A stretch of DNA of 64,000 nt from Callorhinchus milii. Taxonomy: Eukaryota. Shown here piece by piece: positions 13,167-25,100 of this stretch. How positions within the stretch are numbered: position 1 is the first letter of the stretch; each line of letters starts with the position of its first letter. The stretch is from positions 16,866,001-16,930,000 of the forward strand of contig NW_024704756.1 in assembly GCF_018977255.1 (NCBI RefSeq), given 5' to 3'. Both the position numbers and the translations under genes were made by a program. The notes beneath the pieces are model-generated. The model was not told the origin of the DNA, searched no databases, and saw nothing but the letters and a program-made list of their open reading frames with translations.

Positions 13167-16100
13167 CGTCCTGAATGGAGGGAGTGGTGAGCTAAACACA
13201 GGATTCAACACATCCTCTCAGACAATGGCTGTAGCTGTGTGCAGGCCAGTGCTGCTGTTGCATTGTGTTTGGTCAAATTCAGCCCCGCCAGCTCAATGTT
13301 ACCTTTGCTCCCGTTGTCCCCGAGACCATTGATCGATTGACCGGTCGGTGGGAATGGGGGCGATGGAGGTGCGGTGTGGGGGTGGGGAGAGAGAGAGAGA
13401 GAGAGACTTCTGATGACAGCACCACTGCCTTTCATTTCCATCCTAACCTCCTCCAGCTCCACAATATCCACAATAATGATCCTTGCGTTCGACTTTGCGC
13501 CTATAAGTGGAGTCCTGTAGCTCAGTGGTTAGAGCACTCGCTTTGCAAGTGAGAGACCTGCGTTCAATTCCAGGCAGAGGGCGAAACCTTGGGCAAGTTT
13601 CCTTACTCCACACAGAGCCTAATAACAATCCCTCCAAAACCAAAAACAATAATAAATTGGTCATTTTCAATCTACGACTGTTTGTGGGACATTGCTGTGC
13701 GCAATTGGCTGCCGCGTTCGCCCACAAATATACAGTCAATTCACTTTACAGTGTGTTCTGTGAAGCGCTTTGGGACGTCCTCCCGACGTGAAAAGCGCTA
13801 TATCAAATGCAAGGATTATTAATATTATTATTATTATAATGTTCGGGACGTTCTGCATCACGTTTTCTCTGCAGTGGAGCCACTTTGTACCTCGTAGGCG
13901 ATCACGGCAGCCGACAGAGCGATGTCCCACAAACAACTATGAAGTGAGCGACTGATTTTAACCTGGGAGATTGTTGGCCAGGACACTGGGAGAGAGAGAG
14001 AGAGAGAGCGAATGAGAGAAATTCCCTTCTGTTTTCCAATAGGGCCACAAGGCCACTTTACATCCACCTGAACAGGGCACAGACGCACAGCTCACTTTAA
14101 CACTGTGGGACATCACCTCCGACAATGCAGCCGATTCTCATTAGCTCAGTCTGCGCACTTACAGTAAAGTCCTGCGAAGCACTTGGAAATGTCCTCCTGA
14201 CGTGATGAGGGGCTGCGTAAAATATGAATACAGTGGTTGTGTTATTAGCCACGAATGGCAAGCAGTGGGAGGCCAGCGAGACAACAGCAACAACAACAAC
14301 AAAAACAAGTTGAATTTATACAGCGCCCTTCACACGGGGCAGTGTCAAAAGGTTTGTTGTGTAGCAGGAGGTGTGTGTGTGTGTGTGGGGGGGGGGTGCG
14401 GGGGTTGTGAGACTGGGGGCAGGGCAGAGCGCTAACCTGCTGGGGCACAGGCAGAGCTGTGAGCAGGTACATTCCTGGCTTAACACATCCAGCTGCCGTG
14501 CTTGACATTGCCTGCGGCTGTTTGCGAGATGAAAAGCATCTCATAAAAAGCCCAGTCTGAAGCCGAACATAACAAATTGTGGAACCGGCATTGTAAATAT
14601 TTGCGCAAAAGAATTATGAAGGGAAATGGCCTTAGACAGCTATTTAACCCCATTCAGGGCCTCAACCACTTTCACCTCGGGGGTCAGAAAGTTGTGGCTT
14701 AGTGTCAGGACATTTTAGGGTCTAACGCTTGTGGTATTCCCTGAGGGGATTTTTATAGATTCCCTTCTCGCAAACTAAAGACCTTCATGTGCCTGTGTGG
14801 TAGAGGAACGTGATAATAATAATAATAATCCCTACACTTGACACAGTGCCTTTCATGTTGGGAGGACGACTCAAAGTGCTTTGCAGGATTTACTGTAAAG
14901 TGTAGTGACTGTGTGTTTTCACGTCGGGAGGACGTCTCAAAGCACTTCACAGGGTTTATTATAAAATGTAGTGACTGTGTGTTTTGAAGGCGAACCTGGC
15001 AGCCAATTTTGCACACAGCAACTTACCGCAAACGACCACGAACACAAAGTGAGCGAGAGATTTTATCTGGGAGATTATCGTACAGGACACGGGAAGAGTG
15101 CTTTGACCCCCTCCTTACCTGCCACCCACCCACCCCCCCAGCACTGTACTGGAGCGTCAGCCTAGACTACGAGCGTAAAGTCCCCAATGTGGGGCTTCAA
15201 CCCACAATGTTCTGACTCACGGGGTGTGAGTGTTACTGACTGAGCCGGGCTGACATCCCTATGCTTCGCCAGTGTACTCGTGATACCAAATCTCAGGTTT
15301 ATTGTTTGACAATGTGGAGCGCCCTTATGTTGGCACAGATAGTCACAGTCTAGGTGCTGGGCATAAACACTGGCTCAGTCCTCGCTGGGCTCCCTGATGT
15401 GCAATGGAACACGTCATGCAAGCCTCTGCAGCACCAGAGGGCTGAGGGATTTGAAAGATGTACTTAACCTTTACACACCTTGAGTTGATATCTATGTTAT
15501 CAAGCTTATGCATGTTTAATTCCTTTCCCGGAGGAGATTCTATTCACGTCTTGTGACAGCGTTTTCCTAACCGTACACGATGTACCTTTACCTTTGTGCC
15601 AATTAGCTGAAGGCAACTTCTCTCAAAAGGGCTGCAATCCAACATAAGTCTGGACTTGTGTAGGGAGACGCGGAGACTGTGTTCATACCAGAGGGAGGCC
15701 AAGGGTTTGGCAACGTACACTGGGGGTGTGGGTGAGACAAAAGCCATGTTTGATATCACAAAACCCACCCTTTTGTTGCAATACAGGAATGGGGATAGGT
15801 GGTGGAGCCAGGCTCATAATAATATATAATAATCCTTGCATTTGATACAGCACCTTATCACGTCATTGAGACATCTCAAAGCGCTTCACAGACTATATTG
15901 TAGAGTGGAGTGACTATGTATTTCGTGGGTGAAACGCGGCAGTGAGTTGCGCACAGCAGCGTCCCGCAAGCAGTCGTGGATTGAGTGACCACAAGCGTGT
16001 GTGTGGAGTAAAGAAACCTGACTAAGAGCCAAGGTCAGCACGAATTTGTGATTCACCAGCGAGGGTTGGTCTTCTAACCTCGCACTGATCGGCAAGTTTG

Positions 16101-19100
16101 CAAGACATATTTGTTTGGTTTATAAAGTGTTCATGTGCTATGGTTCCTCCAGCCCCACCTCACCCCCGCCCCCTCCCCGCCTGTCGCTGCATCACACAGT
16201 GAATTCCACGCTTAAGAATATAAGGTGCAATAGAAATGCATAACCCTCGCATTCTCCCATTTGATACAATGCCTTATCACCCTGGGAGGACGTCTCAAAG
16301 CAGCAGGATTTTTACTGTAAGGTGTAGTGACTGTGTTTTGTAGACGAACACGACAGCCAATTTGGCACAGTGACATCCCGGCAAACAGCAGTGCAGTGAG
16401 CGAGCGATTTTCTTGGGTGGGGAGGGGGTGATTATCAGCCATGACATCGGGGGAGACAGAAACTTGCTTCTCTTTTCCAGTCACAACCTCCGATCTTTAA
16501 TGTCCACCTGATCAGGGAAGGTAGGCCCTCGGGTTAACGTTTCCTATGAACATTCACTTTGCCAGTAACTCGGGGGAAGTTGAGAGGGAAGGGGAGGCAG
16601 GGAGGAATCCTTCACTAAGTTCACGGTCAAGGTCGGCAGTTTGTACTCCAGTGGCTTTCAGTAAGAAAATCCTTCCTTTTGTGTCGATCAGGAGTTTGTT
16701 TTTGCTCCGAGCATGAGAAATCAATCAGTTTTATTTGAGGGAATGCAACTGTGAGTGAGTGTGTGTTCTCTTTGTTGATGTGTGAGTGTGTATGTGAGAG
16801 TGCGAGTGTGTACGTGTGAGTGTGTATGTGAGAGTGTGCGTGTGAGTGTGTATGTGAGAGTGTGCGTGTGAGTGTGTATGTGAGAGTGTGCGTGTGAGTG
16901 TGTATGTGAGAGTGTGCGTGTGAGTGTGTATGTGAGAGTGTGCGTGTGAGTGTGTATGTGAGAGTGTGCGTGTGAGTGTGTATGTGAGAGTGTGCGTGTG
17001 AATGTGTGAGTGTGTATGTGAGAGTGTGCGTGTGAGTGTGTATGTGAGAGTGTGAGTGTGTATGTGAGCGTGTGCGTGTGAATGTGTGAGTGTGTATGTG
17101 AGAGTGTGCGTGTGAGTGTGTATGTGAGAGTGTGAGTGTGTATGTGAGAGTGTGCGTGTGAGTGTGTATGTGAGAGTGTGCGTGTGAGTGTGTATGTGAG
17201 AGTGTGCGTGTGAGTGTGTATGTGAGAGTGTGCGTGTGAGTGTGTATGTGAGAGTGTGCGTGTGAGTGTGTATGTGAGCGTGTGCGTGTGAATGTGTGAG
17301 TGTGTATGTGAGAGTGTGCGTGTGAGTGTGTATGTGAGAGTGTGAGTGTGTGCGTGTGAGTGTGTGTGCGTGTGTGTAGCTGGCTTGACAAACACAGTGG
17401 TAAGCACTTGGCTCAGTGTTGGCAGGACAGTGAGGTGCGGAATGAAACAGTGATGGTGGTGTCTCAGTCCAGGCTTGCTACAACAAGTGTTAATTGCTCA
17501 ACACTAGAGGGTCCTTTAAAATTGCTGAACTATTTTTTGGACAAAATATCTTCATAGCAAACTTCTTTCGACTCAGAGAAAACAAGTGAGAAAAGTGCAG
17601 AACACTCGAGAGGGGTGTGGGGGACGGGGTGTATTAACCATTCAATCATTTTACACTTACAAAGCACCTTTCACGTCAGGAGGACGTCTCAAAGTGCTTC
17701 ACGGGATTTTACTGCGTGTTATGTAGAAGGCCGAATTTGCACACAGTGACATCCCCGCAAACAGCAATTACTTTTACTTGAAGATAAATTATTTTAACTG
17801 GTTCCTAATTGTAAATGAGGGTTCAGGAAATTGCTCAGTTGTGCCAACTTACATTTGTAGACAATATTGTTAACTAAAACTCGGCGCAATGTGTCAGTGC
17901 TGGTTGATGCCCCCATTAAATGCATCAAGTAATTTACTGCCAATTTGTGCCAACGTACAACAAACAACATTACATTTACACAGCGCTTTTCAGGTTCGGA
18001 GGATGTAAGGGGTTGTTTTAGGGGTCCTGTACCCGGAACGCTGAGCTGGATCGGGAATGCCATGTCTCCTCTTGCTCCCTGTTTGGTGATTCCTGAGGTT
18101 ATTTCAGGTTTTTTTTTTGTCTTGGTTTAGAATCTATTCTCAGAACCAATTGCTGTTGGCAACTTTCACCTGGCACTGCCTGGCTGGCTGGCTGGCTGGC
18201 TGGCTGGCCCATTGCCAGCTGCTTCTCGGGGCGAGGGTTAGGCCAACTTGGTTTTACCACAGATAATATAACAATAATAATCCTTGCATTTGATACAGAG
18301 CCTGATCATGTCTTCGATACATCTCAAAAGCGCTTCACAGGATATACTGTAAAGTGAATTGACTGTATATTTTGTGGGCAAACACGGAAGCCAATTGCGC
18401 ACAGCAGCGTCCCCACAAACAGTTGTGGATTGAAATGATCAGATTATTATTATTATTTTTTGAAGGGATTGTTACCCCCGGAAAAGCGACCCACCGATCG
18501 ACTAACATCGGGACCTTTAACCTCCACCTGAACAGGGTACAGCTCGACAATTAGTTCCTACTTACTACTGGTAAACAGAGTGGGGGGAGTAAGGAAACTT
18601 GCCCAAGATCTCTCCCTGCCCTGGAATTGAACCCGGAACCTCTGACTTGCGAGGCGAGCGCTCTAACCACTGAGCTACAGGAGATGTGGGGTGTCAGCCT
18701 GGCTCAGGGGCAGCACCTCGCCTCAGGGTCCGACAGTTGGATGTTCGAGCCCCAAGTCGGGCACACTGAGCTCACAGTCTAGACCGACCGAGCGCGGTGC
18801 TGGGCGGAGGCAAGTGCTGTTTTGTCGAAGGCGTCATTGTCGGAAATGATGTTCTTCAGACCAGACGCTGAAAGCGAGATCCCATCTGTGCCACTTCAGC
18901 TGTTATAGATGTTAAAGATCACATGGTGATGTTGGAAAAGAGAAGGGAGTTTCTTCTTGTGACCTGGCCAACAATCCTCTGGGATTAATCACCGCTCACT
19001 CCCCGGCTGCTCGTGGGACCTTACAAGCTCGGTGCAAATTGGCTACAGCCTTGTGGAGTTGGGAACGCCGGGAGAAACTCACTTCTCTTTCCCGAGACAT

Positions 19101-22100
19101 TGAGGGGGTGTACGGCATCCCATTCTCCCCCCCCACCCCCACCCCCACTGGCCTACCCCCGCCCCCGCGCTCCCCCTCCCCTCCCGAGCAGGCATGGATT
19201 GACGGGGGATTTTAGTTTGACATCTCACTTGAAGTTCAGGAAGGCTTTAGAATTCCAAGAGAGCCAGACACCTGGTGAAGTTATTTCCTCCCCAGCCACC
19301 AGTGGCACTGCCGCATCCAAACCCCCACTGCCCACCCCCACCTCCCCCCCACCCACACCCACACCCACACAGCACAGGACTGGCCCAGCCCTGTCACGAC
19401 TGGAATGCGATCCCACTGATAGAGAATAGAGCCAGGAAGGAGCGAGCGGAGGGACAGGCAGGTAATGAGCAGCGAACATTCCTACCCAATGAAGTCATGT
19501 TTGGAACGTACAACTTCTAAGAATCTGCATTTCTGTGCTAAAGGTTAGCTGTCCGTCACAACCTGAGGAGATTTCCATTGAGCCACACCTCGCTCTAAGT
19601 TTTCACACGCTTGGGATGTTTTGGGCCCCTCTGCTTTTCAGTGGAGGTGGGGGTGTACGTTGTGTGTGCGTATTGGCTTCAGACCCACCAAACGCTTTGC
19701 TCTTTGAGACGTGCTCCTGGCACGAAAGGCGCTGTGTCTGTTAAACCTTTACCAACGTGTCTGCTCCCTCTGCTCGGTGTGCACCGGTCTGCTCCATATC
19801 CCCCGCTCTGCTCACTTCCCCATCGACGATCAGGCCCTCCTCAGTCTCTTGGCCCCACCCTCTGGAACTCCTTCCCAGAGCCCCTCCACCTCCACCCCTC
19901 CCTTGCCTCCTTCAAGACCCGTCTCAAGACCCTCTTTTTCGACCGTGTCTTCCTCCCCTACATACCCTCCACCCCTCCTGATCCCAACCCCCAGCTTAGG
20001 GGAAAAACCTTCATTGCCCAGTGCCTTGGCATGTTCCCCCTGACGTGAAAGGCGCTGTGTAAATGCAATTTGTTGCTGTTGTTGTTGTCGTATTAAGCAC
20101 AAGGATGACCTTATACTGTCAGATTGACGGGAGGTTAAGGAGAGTAAGCACCTCTCGGGCTGGTTTCTCGTGCCTCCAGCTCACTGGGGAGGAGGTTGAG
20201 CTGTCAGCTCGGCTCAGCCTGAATCCCAAGGAGAGACAGTGAGGGAGCAGAAGAGACAAATACAGAGATGGTTAGACAGACACACACATGCACACACATC
20301 CCCTATTAATGTGGCTGTGTGCTGTGTTGTGCTCTCTGTCTCAGTGAGGTGGGGGTGATTGGTGGGAGGTCCGCTGCCATCAACCCTGACCTGCCCTGCC
20401 CTGACCTGACCTGACCTTGTGCTGGAGTGAGGAGGGAGTGTGCGGGGGGATTGTAGAGCTGTCAGCAGAACATTTAGGGGTAAGAGACGCAAAGCAGGCA
20501 TGTCTAAGGTCCAGGGAAAACCTGGCACTATGTTAAATTACAGGAAACCATCAGGCAGATAATTGTTATGCAGTGAGAGACGAGGAGATGTGAAGGGAAA
20601 CTGATGTTAAGTGTCGGAGAAGATGGATTGGGTGTCAGAATTCAGCATACACTGAGTCCTCTGAGCTCGGAATAAACACAGCCACTTAACTTACACTCTA
20701 CCTTGCCCCATGGGCACAATCCAGGGGGATAATAATAGCCAAACAATTAATCCTTCAATTTGGCATAGCGCCTTATAATAATAATAATAATTCTTGCATT
20801 TGATATAGCACCTTATCATGTCATTGAGACATCTCAAAGCACTTCACAGGATATACTCTGTCCGTCCAGCGCCTTGGGACGTCCTCCCGATGTGAAAGGC
20901 GCTATACAAATGTAATTTTGTTGTTGTTGTTGTTGTATACTGTAAAGTGCAGTGACTGTGTTTTATGAATGAAATATGGCAACCAAATGGGCCCACAGCG
21001 TCCCACAAACAGTCGTGGATTGACTGACCGCATTTTTTTAAAGGGATTATTACCTCTGGAAAGCGATCCACCAATTGACTAACAACCGGGTTCCTACTTA
21101 CTGCTGTGTAAACAGAGGCGTGTGCGTGGAGTAATTAAACTTGCCTAAGGATTCCCTGCCTGGGAATCCAGGTCTTCTCACTTGCGAGACGAGGGCTCTG
21201 ACCACTAAGATACAGGATTCCACATGTAAAAGGTGTGATTGTATTGCAAACATCACTTGAACACAAAGCAACGTATTACTGCAGTTTACGGGCAGCAAGT
21301 GTTCCTCGTGTACGCTGGGACCTGGGGAGGGTCAGACAGTGAGCAGTGTGCGTTACAGCGACTGCACAGAGGCAGGAGAAACACTCTCATCAGTTCAGAT
21401 CAGAAACCCAAATCGGAGAACTTCTTTAAAAAAGTCGGAAGCCTCTGGACACAGCGATCTATATCCAGGAGCTTTGAAATCCGGCATTGCATAATGTCAC
21501 CCGGAATACCAGATGGGAATCGCACTCCAGTCGGTTTGACCAAAATGACCAAGGAACACTCGCCAGGATGTTTTCTGTCACAAAATTCCAGTCCTGGCGT
21601 GTTGTGGCCTGAGAAATTCTTCTACAATCTTCTGTTAGTCTGTCTGTCTGTCCATGAAAGCTCAGGTACAGCCGGGCTCTCTCTCTCTCTCTCACTCACC
21701 TCTGGGTCAGGAGCTTGTGGGGGGGTGAGATGGTATGAGGCAGCGGAAAGGAACCGGGTGAGATAGAGGCAGTTGTCCAATTTGAGTTTTGGATCTCAGT
21801 TTGTGGGAAGGAGAATTCAGGTCCGTTCCCCTCCCCTCGCCCCCCACTTGCTCCCCACCTCGCCTCCGCTATCTGATCCTTTTATGTAGCAAGATAAACA
21901 AACCCAGAGGTCATTAAGGAACGATTGAGAGAGCCACCCACTTAGGCATGAGTGTGTTTGTGTCTGTGTTTGTGTCTGGGTGGGTGTGTGGGTGTGTATA
22001 CACACTGTCCAGGAACATTTAGTTGGTGCCTGTGGATTCCCCACAACGTCTCCCAGTGTGACTGACCACTGAGTGTTATGTGGCACACTGGGTGACGCTG

Positions 22101-25100
22101 GCAGTCGTAGGAATGACCAGCACAAAGCCCAACTGTTCAACAAAGGCTGAGAGAGACAGCGAGAGACAGACTCACACACATACACTGACTTTTGGCACTT
22201 TGGGTATTGATTTTGTGCTTTTGTGCATGTTTACAATAAGATTAGAACTCAGGGTGAGAGATCTCTTATCGTGCGTTAACTGTTCAGTCGCTGTGCATGC
22301 CAGCCCAGTGCCATGTTTACGATGCGATGCCAAAGAGCTGAGGGGATGCCAGCAGGAGGTTTATTTATTGGGTGTTGGGTGGTGGGGGGGTGGGGGTGGC
22401 GGGCGAGACTGAACGCTGGAAGTTGGCATCTGAAACCATCGCCTGCCATGTGTATAAAGTCTCCATCTGACCAACACAGAGATGCCAACAGAGAGAGTGT
22501 TTGGATGCCGTAACCTTGCTGGCACAGGTCATGCAGTTGGTCCGTGTTGCGGTGAACATGGCAGCCATTTGGCACACAGCCACATCCCCATAAACCACCA
22601 TGAAGTGAGCGATCAAATTTATCAGCCAGGACCCTGGGAGAGAGAGAGAGAGAGAAACTCCTTGTGCCTCATCATTGCCTACAGATGTCCAAGGGCTCTG
22701 GGATGCTAACCTCTGGGAGGGGCGCTATGTAACTGCAAGTTGTTGTTGTTGTTGTTACAGATAAGCAGGTCCCTTGCTCTGCAACACTTTTTTTTGCGTT
22801 TGGGGGACGGAGACTGGGGCAAGGTGAAGTGAGGGCGGGGAGGGGAAGGAGGTGAGGACACTGCTGTGTGCAATTTGCTGCCGTGTTTCGCCCACCAAAT
22901 ATTCAGTCAATTCGCTTTACAGTGTATCCTGTGAAGCGCTTTGAGACGTCTTGACGACGTGATCAGACTCTATATCAAATGTCAGGATTATTACTATTAT
23001 TAAAAGTGAAAGAGAGAGAGAGAGGCTGGAGACACACGGAAACTGCCCCTGGGTGTGGGAGAACGTCATTGGTTTGGGAAAGGACTCAGTGGCTTGATCC
23101 TTGCCCCGTGAGGAACTCCCCATGAACACGACAGGACTTGTGTCAGATTCAATTCAATTGAAGTCAAACCCAGCTGGTTTCCGAGTGCAGCCTAAACAGT
23201 GAGTAACCTCAAATAAATATTGTCTGAAAGGAAACATTTTATTACATGTCGTGTACGTTAACAAGGAGAAATGAATCACTTTGGGCATGTTCCTTTCTCT
23301 GCCCCCACCGCTTGGACCTGTAGGGTAGGGTTGCAGAGGGGAGGGGGGTGGGTGGGGTTGTTGAGGCTTTTTGGCGAGTGGAACCACAACTTGATCGTCT
23401 GCAAAAGAAAGGAATCGCTTACAACACAACAGGCCAGAGGGATGTGATACACTTCTTGGCTTTGTTTATTTGTGGCGGGGAGGGCGAATTATTAATTATT
23501 ATTAATAATTTTCACCTGCCGCACAGGATGCCCTCACCCGGACTGATCTTGTGATCTCTCGGGGGGCAACGGAACCTTCGCTTGTTTCCCTGAGGTTTGA
23601 CGAGCTGTCGTAACCCTTCCCCCACCTGCCCCCCCACCCCCCTCTCCCCCCCCACCCCTCTCTCCCCCCCTCCACCCCCTTGACTTGCCTCTTGACTCAA
23701 TTCAGTGGATCTCAACATGTCTCCAAGCACTTTGTGGGGAATCAATGTGAAGTGTAGTGACTGTGTGTGTTGTTGGTGAACGCAAGGCTGACTTGGCTTT
23801 CAAAACCCATCAAAAAAGGGGCCATAGCAACAACTGGAGCCACCCATATCTATGTGACTGCTGTGTTAGCTGATTGTCTGTAAGCAGACCAGACTGGAAG
23901 AGTATTGGGCAACTGAGCACCCCCCACCCACCCCACTCCCCACCATCGCCCCCCCTCACCCCGCCCTCGGCCTCTGGCATGTTGTTGTTACCGGCTGGCA
24001 GAGTCGGCAGATATAAAGGGAAAGGCTTTAGCTCGTTGTGTCCGCACGGCTGAGCCTCAGAACCTGTCCGTCTCCCGATCACCATCAGCCCCGCGATGAG
24101 CACCGCGTGTGACAGGCACAGTCTCCCCCTCGGAGCCCAGTCGCACGCGGACAAAGGACTGCAGGAAATGGCCGGCCCGAGGCTAATCTGGAATGTGCGG
24201 GCTCAGGACATTCTGCGCTCGGCAGCCAGGAAGCTGAGCGGCGTTCCGGGGAAAACACGGGCCTTCTGAAGCCCGATGACCTCCTCCCCATTGTACAGGG
24301 GATTTAGGTGACAAAAGGAGTTTGTCTGCGAGCAAGCAGACTGGAAGAGGATTGCAGACGGAGAATTAAATACATCGGGCCTTGTTAACATTAATCCAAT
24401 AGTTCAATGCATCCACTCAACACAACTCAACGCAACACAACTCAACACAACACAGCTCAACACAACACAACTCAACACAACGTAGCTCAACACAACGCAA
24501 CACAACTCAACACAACACAGCTCAACACAACTCAACACAGCTCAACACAACACAACTCAGCACAACACAACTCAATACAACTTAACACAACTCAACACAA
24601 CTCAATAGAACACAACTCAATTATAACACAACTCAATACAACTCAACACAACACAACTCAACACAACACAGCTCAACACAACTCAACACAACTCAACACA
24701 ACACAACTCAGCACAACACAACTCAATACAACACAACACAACTCAATACAACTTAACACAACTCAACACAACTCAATAGAACACAACTCAATTATAACAC
24801 AACTCAATACAACTCAACACAACACAACTCAATACAACACAACTCAATACAGCTCAACACAACTCAACACAACACAACTCAATACAACACAATACAACTC
24901 AATACAACTTAACTCAACACAACACAACACAACTCAATTCAACACAACTCAACACAACACAGCTCAACACAACTCAATACAACAAACAACACAGTTCAAC
25001 ACAAGACAACTCAACACAACACAACTCAACTCAGCTCAACATAACTCAATGCAACACAACTCAAACAACATAGCTCAACGCAACATAACACAATACAACA

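Noticed and set aside
13507..13580. tRNA-Ala(TGC)-like gene
   Set aside because: It is the SINE head: no proper acceptor stem or Pol III terminator, and it continues into the SINE body in every full-length copy
13507..13822. Recurrent small ORFs ([11 protein letters not shown]..., [11 protein letters not shown]..., [12 protein letters not shown]...) that look like a gene family
   Set aside because: They are frames of the multicopy SINE
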